Both the position numbers and the translations under genes were made by a program. From positions 1-46,148 of the forward strand of contig JAPEUG010000103.1 of assembly GCA_026025795.1 (NCBI GenBank): a DNA stretch of 46,148 nucleotides, in the 5' to 3' direction. Below are positions 34,031 to 46,148 of the stretch, piece after piece (position 1 is the first letter of the stretch; every line of letters begins with the position of its first letter). Origin of the DNA: Thelocarpon superellum. Lineage: Eukaryota. A model generated the notes under the pieces. It worked only from the letters and a program-made list of their open reading frames with translations, was not told the origin of the DNA and made no database searches.

Positions 34031-35067
34031 GTTGCCGGGGGGTGGGTGGCATCTCCGCCGGGCTTGAGGAGACCAATGATAATGGCCGGAAGAACGGATC
34101 CGGGTTCGAGCGACCAATCAATCGCACACCACAGAGACGAGATCGTTGCCCGAGTTGTTGCCGGTCGTCGAATTGCGTGTCGCGTGGCGAATGTCAAGAA
34201 AATCTGTAGCAGCTTGACCAAGGATGGCCTGTAGAGATCAGAGCGGTGGCAGGCTTTCGAGCTGCAATGGTGTCTGGAGGGTGGAGTGGGAGTGGAGTGG
34301 TGCGAATACGTGTAGTTAGATCAGGTAGCGATTGGTTGTAACAGACGTTCTGCGAGTGAGCCACTCGTGCAGATCCCAGTGCATTCCGCTTGCCACGACG
34401 CACGCTGGTCGGTTACTTGTGTGGCCTACTTCTACTACGGCTTCCCACTCCCCGCCGTGTGAAGTCCATATGGTGTGGCAGCGGCTCCGAATTGGCAGCT
34501 CGGTGCTCCCCGGCCACTCCTCAAGCACCTAAAAGTAGCGTGCGCGTTGGCGAGAGTTCCGCCACAGGTGGCGGTGAACAAGCCCCAGGCGCCACAGGGT
34601 CATCCGCAAAGCAGGGCCAGGTAAGAACAGGGAACACGACACACCCGCCAAGGATCCGCTCCGAGCTGGTGAGAGCCTGATTGGCTCCGCGCCCATTGGG
34701 GGACGAACTCTCGCATCATCTTGATTTGCGCACTCCTTGCGCAGCACGTTGCATCTGCCGCCGGCGGCCAACGCACGACTACTTGTACCGATCCACCTCC
34801 CCAGACGTCTCTGGGAGGTTTCACCTTTTCCTTTTACACTCGCGCGATACGTCGTACACCGTCACTCTTTCAAAATAGCCGCTGGTAAAACATACTCGGG
34901 CGACCGCACAAGCACACGTGCTCGCCTTCCCGGCTAGCAGGGCGCCTTGTACCTACGGCGGACGAGCAGCATAAAGGACCACGAGACCCGGGGCAGCTCC
35001 CTTTTGCAGATGCTACCGCCATCGATTCCCTTTCCTCTGCTCTGCACGCCACGATACCGTTCTCGCC

Positions 35068-35979
35068 ATGTCCAACGTGTTGGCCAAGTACATTGCCAAG
35101 AGGGTGCTCGGGGAGACGGCGAAGAATCGCTTTGGGAAAGATGTGGGTCAAGCACCGCGCACTAGACCTGGGCGTGACTAACGTGGGGCAGGACCCATAT
35201 TTCGAACGAGTGCCGGCGAGCGACCTGGATGGCAGGCCATCCAAGAAGAACAAGAAGCAGCGCAAGGCCATTCCGCCGGGCATTTCCGAACACGATGCCA
35301 AGATCCTGAACAAGGTGAAGCGGCGCGCACACATTCTCGACTACGGCTTGTTCAACTTCTGCGGCATCAAGTTCGGCTGGAGCAGCGCCGTGGGCTTGGT
35401 GCCAGGGTAGGTCGTGGCAGAGATTCGCCGATGGTATGCAGCTAATACGGATTCAGGATCGGCGACGTCCTCGACGGCTTCATGGCCGCCATGGTCATCA
35501 GCACCTGCTGCAAGATCGATGGCGGCCTGCCTGCCTATCTCAAGATGCGCATGCTCATCAATTTGATCATCGACGTCTTCATCGGCCTGACCCCCTTCCT
35601 TGGCGACCTAGCCGATGCGCTCTTCCGCTGTAACTCCATGAACGCCGTCCTCCTGGAGAAGCATCTCGCCGAGAAGGGTCGACAGAATTTGGCGGCACAA
35701 CCCATGGCCGCGGTGACGGGCGCGTCCTCGCGCCGCCCGTCCGATCCCATGCTCCTGCAAAATGGTGGCGGTGAATGGGCCGAGGATGCCCTGGGACCTC
35801 CACCACGATACCAGGCGGAGATCACGTCGCCTGCTCCGGAAAGACCACCCGCAGCCAAGGTGGCGCACAACTCGCGAAGCGGCGGCGGCTGGCTTGGTGG
35901 GCTCGGATGGGGTCGACGCGAGCCCAAGCATGACATCGAGCGCGGCGAAGGAGCCCCACCGAGGTCGGCTCGTCCTTAG
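35068..35979 (+). CDS. DUF4112 family membrane protein
   Basis: Exons 35068-35142, 35192-35406, 35457-35979. DPYFE, KVKRRAHILDYGLF, FGWSSAVGLVPGIGDVLD, MLINLIID..PFLGDLADALFRCN. Confidence 0.9.
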
Positions 35980-36072
35980 ACTGGACGTGTCTCCGGCTGG
36001 CGCATGCACTGCGGTGACCGGATTCTGCTTCATACATAGCGTGGTGGTTCCTCTCAAAATCTTCATCTGGCT

Positions 36073-37299
36073 CTACCTCCTTGCGCCCAGCGTCGCCCGT
36101 GAGCAGCCGTAGCAGAGGAGAGCTTCCGCTGGCGCGCCACTCTCAGCCTGTAATCGCCTGGTGGCCGCTTGCTCTTGGTCGCCGCCCCAGCCGTGTAAGC
36201 CACTCAACCCTGAGGCGACGGGCATACCGCACAGGCTGCAGATGATCTCTCCTGCTGTGGTCTCGGGAACTTTGAGCTTGCCCGACGTCCGCACCACATT
36301 GGCCACAATGCTGGGATAACTCTCCTCGACCGAGGCAAAATATTGCGTCATCAGATAGTCAATGCTGCTATTCTTCGATGACGGTAAGAGCTGTGAGGAT
36401 GGAGCCTGCACGACGTTCAGTGACGACAGCGCCGGCGTGGTCAGGTCCGCATAGTCTAGTAGCTCTTTCTTCATGAGGTCCCGAAGCGGATAATGAAAGG
36501 CCAGGCCGAACGGGGTGACGCCATCGGCGGTGTGCCATGGAAGCGAATAACCTCGGCCCTTGGCCGTCTCCGCCAGCGTCTTCTCCGCCAGTCGGGTGGT
36601 CGTGTCTCCCCAGAGGATGCTCTCGCATTCATGCGCCTTGGCGAAGCGAACCACCAGGCGTGTCCGTAGAATGCCGAGTACGTCGACCCTCGACGTGGAT
36701 GATGGGAGGGAGGAGAATATCCCCTGGAGCCTCTTCTCGTTTGAGGACCCGTCATCCACAGGGATAGGCAGCCCGCAGCTTTGCAGGAGCTCGAGGGCAT
36801 CTTGCTCCAAGATGTCTGCCAACGGGACGGATGAGAAACGATGATGAATGTACCTCGCCTGTAGGCGATCAAGAAGTTCGGGCGCCGGGGACGGCAGATC
36901 ATCGTCGGGCGAGATGATGTGGAGGACGTGAAGTGCGAAGCCTGTCCGATGGTTCCGAGCCCGCTGGCTTTGCAAATGACTGTCCAGAAGATGTAGAAGG
37001 GCAACGGAAGAGATCCCAAAGGAAAGAGGCAGCAGCAAAACGCGTTCCCGGTCTTGCGTTGCATGTCGGACCCGACGGGACTCGAGCCGCTTGGTGAATT
37101 TGGTGGCCACATAACGCATGAAGCATTCCCTATGCCGTCAACGGTCAGCGACGTCTCGTAGCCATCGCTGGAGTCTGCGTGCGTTGCCGTACCGGCACAG
37201 AGGTTCGGCGCGAACTAGCATTTGCGCTTCACTCTGTCGGCATCTTTTACAGATCCCTTCTGGCACGCGAAGCTCCGACCCTGGCCGGGATCTTGCCAT
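36073..37299 (-). CDS. NCS2: Cytoplasmic tRNA 2-thiolation protein 2 (Ncs2/Ctu2)
   Basis: Exons 37299-37193 and 37129-36073. CKRC..VRAEPLCRECF, LSFGISSVALL, WGDTTTRLAEKTLAETAKGRG, YPLRD, YPSIVANVVRTSGKL, LCYGCSR. Confidence 0.93.
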
Positions 37300-37845
37300 C
37301 ACCACGTGTCTCCTGTACAGCAGATGTCCTCAATGCTTCTTCTCCTGTCTTCCTCTATTTCCCGTCATCACCGCTATGATGTCCACAGCGTCTGGATCAT
37401 CTTCACTCCTCAGCAGAAGGAGGAAATCGGTTCGGAAGCGTGACGGAAAGGCGTTGTTAGAGGTGGTGGGGCATATCGTGCGATGTTTGTACGGAGTACT
37501 CCCTACTATCTCATACATTTTCGCACTTCTCGGTTGTTAGCCGAGCTGGCTGCTCACTTATGGCGTTAACTTCCTCGAGCCATTGGATTGGACGTGACGG
37601 ATCTACAGGATTACCTGTACTCTGTACTGCACGGATACCACTGCACGATTCCGCCGTGCAGGTGTCTTCTTGATCTCTGGCAACAATCATGCCATCGAGC
37701 TCCTTAGCTTTTATCATACCATGCCCACCCTCCGTTCACGCCGATAGTCCGTTGCCGTCAGCATCCCTGTGGACGAGCAAGCTTCAGGTCGCTCCAATCG
37801 TACTCGTGTCCTAAGCGGCGAAGTCACAAACTGGGTGGAGCCACG

Positions 37846-39928
37846 ATGCGGTGCTGGCACGCCATCGCCACGACCTTGGCGATCGTCGCGGGCGTCGTTC
37901 GAGCAAGTGAAGTGGAGATGGTATGTGAAGCCCTCGTGCCTTCACATTCTTCCGTCGCTCACCAGGAACAGGAGCAGAAGGCCAGCGAAGGGCTCCGGAC
38001 CATACAACAATGCGCTGGCATGTACGGGCCAAAGTCATGGGGCGGAACGGTGGAGCCCTTCATCTTGGCCAATTTCGACAAAGCAAGTGATGGCACCCAA
38101 GGCGATCCGATCGTCAGCTTGCTCATCTTCGAATGGGGCGATCTCGACAAGATTGGGAAGACGAGGAGCCCGGAGATGTACGAGGTGAGGCTGCTCCGGA
38201 TCCCGAAACGACAACTGGCGACTGACACATCGATGTGGGCTAGCGAGAGATGATTTGCGACGATGAGAATATCAACGCCAAATTGTGCAACGAGACGCAG
38301 ATTGGCGAGTTCATCCTGAGCGATGACGCCGCCGCCAACTCCACCAGCGTCGTCTTCACCCAAGCTATCCACCTCAAAGATACCGCCCCGATCAAATACT
38401 CCATCAAGCGGACAGGCTACTACTGCATCGGGGCCTACGGCTACTCCGCCGATGCCTATCGCGCAGTCGTCGAGTTCCGGAACGCATACGGGGAGCTTCC
38501 TGCCGCTCAGATTGCGAAGCTGCCCTTTTTTGGGGGCATCTCGGTCCTGTACGCCGTCATCACGGCGTGAGTCCCTTACAGCCACAGCCCTGTGACTGAT
38601 ATCCATCCAATACCCACGCTGACAAGCGCCAGCTTCTGGGCTTTTCTCTATGTCCAACATCGGCATGACATTCGTGAGTCCCCGTCTCATCTTGGGTGCG
38701 CGAAGTCGAGACTGACAGGCAGCAGTGGCCGTGCAGAATTACATAACGGCAATCCTGGTGTTTTTGATCGTGGAAATGGCCATGACATGGGGATTTTACG
38801 GTGCGCGTGCCCCTTCGGGTCGCCCGTGGCTGAAGCTCGACTGACCAGCGAAGACTTTCAAAACCGATATGGCATGACGGCCATGGCGAATGTGCTAATG
38901 ATCGTCGTGGCGATCCTGAATGCGGGAAGAAACTCCTTTACCTTCTTCCTACTATTGATCGTCTGTATGGGCTACGGCGTGGTGAAGCCCAGCCTGGGTA
39001 AGACCATGCTCTACGTGCGCGGTCTGGCCATCGCCCACTTCGTCTTTGGCGTCATCTACGCCATCGCTAGTCTGACGGTCACGCCGGACAATGCCGGTAT
39101 GTGGTCCGTGGCTTCCTCACGCTTCCTCTGCTTACCCCCTGACACAGGCCCGCTCGTGCTCCTTGTCATCCTCCCCCTGGCCGGCACACTGACGGCCTTT
39201 TACGTCTGGACGCTGAACGCGCTAGGCGCAACCATGAAGGACCTGGTCGATCGCAAGCAGACAGTCAAAGCCATGATGTACCGCAAGCTCTGGTGGTGTA
39301 TCTTTGGCAGCATCTGCGTCATCTTCGCCTTCTTTTTCCTGAACTCGGTCACTTTTGCTGGCCGCAGCGACCCCAACTTCGTCCCTCGTCACTGGAAGCG
39401 ACGCTGGTTTGTCCTCGATGGCTGGCTCAACATCGTCTACATGCTGGACCTCGCATACGTGGCCTATGTGTGGAGACCTACAGCGAATAACCGTCGCTTT
39501 GCGATGAGTGATGAGGTGAGTCCACCGCCAAACGCGTTCGCCTCGTTAGCCCCTGACAGCTTTTTCAGTTGGCGCAAGATGACGAGGGTTTCGAGATTGC
39601 ATCCTTTGGAGGATCGCTGGACGAAGACGAGGAGGAGGGAGTGGGACGAAGGGCGGATGGAGCGGGCGGAGAGCCAGCTCCTCGCGCGACAACGAACGAC
39701 GGCGCCTCGCCGCCAACGAAACCGCGAACAGCGGCTACCAGCGCCAACGACGTCGCCAGAGATTCACGTCCATCACTCGAAGGCGAGACCCTCTTCGCCG
39801 TCGGCGACGGCGAGGAAGTGGACAAGTGGTCCGACGAAGGCTCGCCGCGGAACTCGGGCGAGCGGACGCGGCTGACGGCCAAAGACGCCGAACAAGGCCC
39901 CACCGACTACGATGTTAGTCGTAATTAG
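37846..39928 (+). CDS. PTM1: Ptm1 / lung seven-TM receptor (GOST) family membrane protein
   Basis: Eight exons. Signal peptide, CAGMYG, VEFRNAYGELPAAQIAKLPFFG, AVQNYI, NAGRNSFTFFLLLIVCMGYGVVKP, WRPTANNRRFAMSDELAQDD. Confidence 0.92.
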
Positions 39929-40160
39929 AGCTCTCACGAACGGCTGTTGCCATTCGTTCGCCATATCGGTTGATTATCTTGTCTCTGGCCATTTTTTTCT
40001 CGTACCTCTACTGGGTCTTCAGATCGATTTGGCTTGCGTGGCAGCGGATAACAGGAACCGAAGACTCGTGATTTCTCCCCCGATCGTTAGGGAAAAGAAA
40101 AGTGGTCCACTAGAGCCTCGCGATGCCACCGGCGTGGTATTTGAATCTCCCCGTCGGCCG

Positions 40161-41355
40161 TTACGCCGTCTTCTCTGGAACATGCAGCACCAGATTCTTG
40201 TCGGCCGTCACGAAGAGATTGTGACGCGGATTGAACTCGATCAGGGCCACCCGACCCTTGGACTCGACTTCGTACTGCGGTGCGATCTTTCGGTCGGGGC
40301 CCGGCGCCGCCTGAGTGTCCCACACCAAGACGTTTTCCGCCCCGGAGCCGCCGATCACGTAGCGGCTATCGGGCGTAAAGCACGCGTCGCCGGACCCATG
40401 GACGCCACGATCGCTGGACTGCGAAGGCGCTAGACGGCCCGTGGGGCCGTGCTTTCGGACGCAAAAGGCTCGCATGCGGCCGTCGAAGGCATCCAGCAGG
40501 ATATGACCGTTGCCGGCCGTGGCGATCAACAACGATTTGCCGTCGTTGGAGAACTCCAGCTTGGTCCACGCAGCGCGCCCAACGCCGTTGGGGTACAGCT
40601 CCATCTCGTCCGACTGTAGGTCGAAGACGGCAAAGGGGGTCTTGTCATAGTGTCGCACGTCGTACAGGAGGACGGAGCTGGTGCCGCCAGATGCTACCGC
40701 CAGCACCGTGGCTGAGGGGTCATAGGCACAGAGGCTGGCGTCCTGCAGCAGGAGCGAGCCCGTCACATTCGGCGTGGCAAGCGACCAAAATTTGACCGTG
40801 CCATCGAGTGAACACGAGAGAAAGTTGTCGGTGGCGGGGGACACAGCCAGGGAGGTCACGGGGGCCGTGTGGCCCTTGAAATAACGAATGTATTGGTTGT
40901 CGTGCGTGGAGAGGTACCGAATCGTTGCTGTCCCCCGAGACCAATTAGCCATGGTAAGACGGTCATGAGCGGCGCTCCACAAAGTTGAGGAGAGCCCTAC
41001 CTTCGCCCTTGGTGCTGGCGTAGAGCACGCTCTGGGAGTTGTGGGTGAAACGAGCGAGGTGCGCACCATACTTTTTGCTGAGGAGCGTCTTTACCTGGGA
41101 GCCCTCCTTGCAATTGTAGAGCTGGATCGATTCGTCATCACACGCGGCGATGATCAGCTCACCACCATCGTCAAAGTCGAGCGAGGTGATGGACGTGTCG
41201 GGCTTTGCGCCCCGAAAGATCTACTCGCCATCAGCGCGTTGCATTGGGGCGTGCAGGCATGCCCACGAGCCCACCTTCGTCGGTCGAAAACTTCCAATTG
41301 TCTCCGTCACCTTGGCCGTGGGCTCCCGGACCGGGGCTGCAGTGGCAGCCGCCAT
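40161..41355 (-). CDS. SWD2: WD40 protein Swd2/WDR82 (COMPASS and CPF subunit)
   Basis: Three exons. SFRPTK, ITSLDFDDGG, LLSKKYGAHLARFTH, TIRYLSTHDNQYIRYFKGH, KLEFSNDGK, FNPRHNLFVTAD. Confidence 0.93.
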
Positions 41356-42044
41356 ACCATGGAGTGGCACTTGACCTTTGACTCTACGTGCGTGGGGAAG
41401 CCATCCAAGCTCTATGGTATATACAACAAGTAGATCTTGGTGCGAGGATGACTGTGAGGTCACTCGAAGCCGCACCGGGATATTTTGATTCGCTTCGGGC
41501 GGGTCCGATATCGCGGGGCTTGTGCAGTGCCGTTGAGTCGTTCCTGATTGCTCTCCTACTTGTTGACTATTACTTTCTACGGCAGACTAAAGGGGCCGTA
41601 GGAAGACGGACATTTCATTACCTGGATGACTTGTCTTCGGAAGCTAAAGGTCCGGGCGGGACAAATGACGCCGGGCTCGCAATGCTTACTGTTGTCAATT
41701 CGTTACGACCAGGATCCTCGGTCAGACGCGCACGGTGGCGGTGGAAGAATAGGCGAGACCCTGCTCGTCTGTGGTGCCTGTACCTGGAGCAATGGCACCA
41801 CCAAAACTTTCCAGGTGTCTGCGCTACGGTGTCTCACACTGCAGCGGTGGAGGAGTGCGCTTTCGAGCTCTGCGCGGTCATCACACGAATCGTGTGTAAG
41901 CTTATGACGGCCTCGACATGCAGACGCCTGACTTCCCCATGCTATAAAGATAGCAGGGCTCCTCGCACCATCCTCATTCCCGAGGATTGGCCGGGTGCAT
42001 GCTTGGAAGCGTGCTGGCGTTGAGAATCCTCCGAGTGTGCTGCC

Positions 42045-43262
42045 ATGTCGACCACGCTGGGGTCAGTCTCCGGTCCCGGCCCCGGGCACAGGAAATGCGC
42101 CACTGACAAGCAGCTTTAGGGCGTTTATTGCCGGTGGTGTGGCGGCTTGTGGCGCCGTCACTGTGTCTCATCCATTTGAGACGGTCAAGATCCGGTACGC
42201 GCCCTTCAGCTACACTTGCGTTCACCATAGGTCCGGGCTGAGGCGTGAACCGGGCCAGGCTCCAGTTGCAAGGCGAACTACAATCATCCGCTGAGGCGCC
42301 GCGGATGTACCGAGGGGTATTTCACGGGGTTCGGGTCATCTTCCTGAACGAAGGGTTGCAGGGTCTGTTTCGCGGGATCGGCTCGGCGGTGAGGCCATGA
42401 GGGATCGCGGCGCAGGCGTATCGAGTACTGACCGAGCTCATCCAGTACATATATCAGATGGTCTTGAACGGCTGTCGCCTGGGCTTCTACGAGCCGTTGC
42501 GGAAGAATGTGACGACGGCCATTTACCACAATCCGTCGGTCCAATCACTAGGCGTCAACATCTTCTCGGGGGCGTCGTCGGGCATGCTCGGTGCCGCGGC
42601 CGGCTCTCCCTTTTTTCTGGTCAAGACACGGCTCCAGTCATATTCGCCCTCACTCCCGGTCGGCACACAACACCAATACCGCAATGCTTTTGACGGACTG
42701 CAGCAGATCCGGCACAACGAGGGCATTCGAGGCCTCTACCGCGGCGTAGGCGCGGCGATGGTCCGGACCGGCTTCGGAAGCTCGGTGCAGCTGCCGACCT
42801 ACTTCTTCGCTAAGCGCCGCCTGGTCCAGCACCTGGGCATGCAGGAGGGGCTGCCGTTGCACCTGGCCAGTAGCACGGCCAGCGGCTTCGTCGTGTGTTG
42901 TGTGATGCATCCGCCAGGTGAGTGCGCTGGCAGCCTGCTACCTTCCGCCCTTCTGACCGGGTCCGGTGAAGACACGATCATGTCGCGCATGTACAATCAG
43001 ACCGGCAATCTCTACAAAGGTGTCTTTGACTGTCTCTACAAGACCGTCAGCACCGAGGGCGTGCTGGCCATCTACAAAGGCTTCTTCGCGCATCTAGCCC
43101 GCATCTGGCCGCACACGGTACGTCGTCTACTCAGATGGTTCAGGCAATGGCCCTGCTGACTCGTGTCAGATCTTGACGCTCACCCTGGCCGAGCAAACCA
43201 ACCGGATCATGCGCCGGGTGGAGAGCAGAATACTGCCGTCCGCGTTGAAAGATGAGGTCTAG
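42045..43262 (+). CDS. OAC1: Mitochondrial oxaloacetate/sulfate carrier
   Basis: Six exons. [91 protein letters not shown]; stop at 43260-43262. Confidence 0.93.
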
Positions 43263-43584
43263 CGAAGATCTGGCATGGCTCGAGCATTTGTCAAGCATTC
43301 AGCGTTTAGGAGCATTGGATGCTCAATGGATGCTCAATTAGATGGAAGATTGCTCTGATCAGTGTGCTTGATCCCGTAACGCGATATCATACGAATACGG
43401 CTACCTACGTTATGCGTCTCCCACGTTGTAGATCGGATCTGCGGGCCATTCTCCACGCATGACCGGTACAACCAGTCAGTCACACAGAGGTACTTCTTGG
43501 TGGTAGCAACGGAAAACCACAGTATTCCAAGAGCATCCCTGGAGCTACCAAGTCCCCATGGCTTTCCACTTTGGCGCAGTGGTA

Positions 43585-43938
43585 ACGCGCAGGTAGATGC
43601 GACGCGGTTTACATGCGAGCAGGTACGAGTAATTAACACGACTGGGACTATTCAGGTCAAGCTCGGCCGCCAAAGCCCAATCACTCTTCCCCTAGTTAGG
43701 GTTGAGCCTTAGCTGTGTTGAGGCCGGGGCCTTGATTGGATGCGGGTGTACGTTAGCTAGCTACTCGTGCTCGCATTATGTGCAGAAGCATCTACCCGTC
43801 TGCGGTCGCGTCTAAGTCGCGTAGTCACGTTATGTTGTCGAGATCGCCCCCCCATAAGTGTTACTTCGTCTTGGCTCAATTGCCGTTCCGCCGTCCTCTT
43901 CTCTCCCCAACCTCTCTTGCATCTCGAGTCCGACGCGT
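43585..43938 (+). promoter_or_regulatory. MCB-like (ACGCG/CGCGT) elements upstream of RNR2
   Basis: ACGCGT at 43933; TCGCGT at 43806 and 43817; ACGCG at 43585 and 43602. Consistent with MBF-type control of RNR genes, but CGCG is common at this GC content. Confidence 0.35.
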
Positions 43939-43999
43939 TCATTCTTGCTGAGACCTTTGCTCATCACCTTACGCACACTCACGCTCACACTCCCGCAAA

Positions 44000-45424
44000 A
44001 TGTCGACTCAAGTCACTCCGTCCAAGAAGGTAATGTCGTCACCACCCTTTCGTCACCCCACGTGGGTGCGCGTCACGGCGTCTAACATACGTCGACAGGT
44101 GGCCAGCACCATTGAAAACCTTAAGATGGGCGAGTCTCCAGTCAAGAAGCTCCAATTCGAGCCGATGGACAAGGAGAACATCGTGCCCGGCGCCACCCTT
44201 CTCGATGACCTGAAGCCGGTCAAGTCCGTGGTCGAGGTGGCCAAGCCCGTTGAGAAGGTTGCCGTGGCGCCCACCATCAAACCGGAAGAGGCGGACGAGC
44301 CGTTGCTGCAGGAGAACCCTCATCGCTTCGTGCTGTTCCCCATCAAGTACCACGAGGTGAGTGGCGCTCGACGCGTCGATGACGCGTGTCTCTTGATACG
44401 CGACATGACACTGACGACACGGGGTGGCAGGTGTGGCAGATGTACAAGAAGGCCGAGGCGTCGTTCTGGACGGCCGAGGAGATTGATCTCTCCAAGGACC
44501 TTCACGACTGGAACGAACGTCTGAACGACGATGAACGCTACTTTATCTCGCACGTGCTCGCCTTCTTCGCCGCGTCGGACGGCATCGTCAACGAGAACCT
44601 GGTGGAGCGATTCAGCGGCGAGGTGCAGATCCCCGAGGCACGATGCTTCTACGGCTTCCAGATCATGATGGAGAACATCCACTCGGAGACGTATTCGCTC
44701 TTGATCGACACGTACATCAAGGAGCAGAAGCAGCGGACGTATCTGTTCGATGCAATTGACACGAGTAAGTGTGATGCTTGAGATTGGCGGGACGCGTCTG
44801 ACCGGTGCAGTTCCGTGCATCCGCAAGAAGGCCGATTGGGCCATCCGATGGATCCAAGACAAGGACTCGACCTTTGCCCAGCGACTCGTGGCCTTTGCCG
44901 CGGTGGAGGGCATCTTCTTCAGCGGCTCGTTCGCGTCGATCTTCTGGCTGAAGAAGCGAGGGCTCATGCCGGGCCTGACCTTCTCCAACGAGCTGATCTC
45001 GCGCGACGAGGGTCTCCACACGGACTTTGCCTGCCTCTTGTTCTCGCACCTTCGCAACCGGCCCAGCAAGGAGGCGGTGGAGAAGGTCATCACGGAGGCG
45101 GTGACGATCGAGCAAGAGTTCCTGGTGGAGGCTCTCCCGTGCGCACTGCTCGGCATGAACTCCAACCTGATGAAGCAGTACATTGAGTTCTGCGCGGACC
45201 GCCTGCTCGTGGCCTTGGGCAACCCCAAGTACTACAACGCCACCAACCCGTTTGACTTTATGGAATCCATCTCGCTGGCGGGGAAGACCAACTTCTTCGA
45301 GAAGCGCGTGGGCGACTACCAGAAGGCGGGCGTGATGGCCAGCACGAAGAAGGCCGAGGGCGGTGAGGAGCCGGAGAAGAAGAACGAGAATGGTGGCGGC
45401 TTCAACTTTGACGAGGATTTCTAG
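44000..45424 (+). CDS. RNR2: Ribonucleoside-diphosphate reductase small subunit
   Basis: Exons 44000-44029, 44099-44356, 44431-44764, 44811-45424. [63 protein letters not shown]-terminal FNFDEDF. Confidence 0.98.
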
Positions 45425-45912
45425 ATTTCTCGACCCCACCTGACGTGCTTCTCCGTCTCCGTCTATACCTGTATCTGTACGAGGCTGTTTCTTTGTCTTT
45501 CCTTCCTGGCGTTTTGGGGGCATGTCTGCCGACTATTCTACCTAGTGATATTGTTGGATGAGAAAGGGGATGGAAAAGGGGTTGGGATGAGGATGAATCT
45601 GATCCGATGAAGATCATCAAGGATCGCATCATCATCACCAACGGGAAGAAAGTGCAAAGGAGAAGATAGAATCATCAGCACAAGAGGACTACAACCAGGA
45701 TTACGACCAGGCGGGTTGAGCGTGAAGCAGGATTGTTAATATGATGATCATCCATCTCTATCGATCTACTTGATCTTCCACACGCACATGACGTCATTCC
45801 CATCAAAGCCAGCAGGCAGGGAAGGCATGGGATGGTGTGGTATGGCATAGAATTGGTATAATAACGTCACAAAGTAAAGTGTATGAACGAGCAGAGATGG
45901 GAAGAGACGGCA

Positions 45913-46097
45913 TCACCGCCCTCCCTTTCTCGACTTGCCTCCGCCTTTTTTCGACTTGGACTCCGCTGGCGGGGGTGGAATTGCAGCTGACCCTGCTGCT
46001 GCTGCTGTCGCTGAGGTTGCAGATGTAGACGCAGGTACGGGAGGGGATATCGGAGCTTCCTGCCCTATCTCCTCGCTCGGTGCTGCGGGCTCTAGAC
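45913..46097 (-). CDS. Probable terminal exon of a gene that starts beyond the window
   Basis: After a TGCAG acceptor the frame reads LEPAAPSEEIGQEAPISPPVPASTSATSATAAAAGSAAIPPPPAESKSKKGGGKSRKGGR*, a low-complexity, basic C-terminus convergent on RNR2. Confidence 0.45.
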
Positions 46098-46148
46098 CTG
46101 CACGTACGCACCCACGACTCAGTTTCAGTTCTTCTGTTTTTCGCCTGC

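Noticed and set aside
1..46148. Stop-codon readthrough (TGA CTA) and non-canonical splice sites
   Set aside because: The stop contexts I checked lack the TGA-CTA signal, and all modelled introns are GT-AG.

Overview
GC-rich, intron-containing genomic DNA of a filamentous ascomycete (short GT-AG introns with CTRAC branch points, strong GC3 bias); I cannot identify the species. I modelled about 23 protein-coding genes by hand, with exon joins checked for frame. Two tightly packed housekeeping blocks flank a looser, lineage-specific-looking middle. Left block (1-16.3 kb): GPI12, a small membrane protein, arrestin LDB19/ART1, a hydrophilin-like protein, a GTPBP1/2-type GTPase, RAD5, NDUFAF6 and IBA57. 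Right block (31.3-46.1 kb): DCP2, DUF4112, NCS2, PTM1, SWD2, OAC1, RNR2 and a probable terminal exon. The middle (about 17-30.4 kb) holds an orphan AusD/Trt5-like methyltransferase, a secreted KP4 killer-toxin-like protein, a DUF7702-like membrane protein divergently paired with a Zn2Cys6 regulator, a J-domain/Cys-rich protein, an unknown coiled-coil membrane protein, and a four-exon, probably secreted two-repeat protein that the ORF track only shows in fragments. The best candidate for an undescribed system is the KP4-like / membrane protein / regulator module, but its functional linkage is inference. No rRNA, tRNA, CRISPR array or transposase was recognised. Family assignments come from motif recognition, not database searches.
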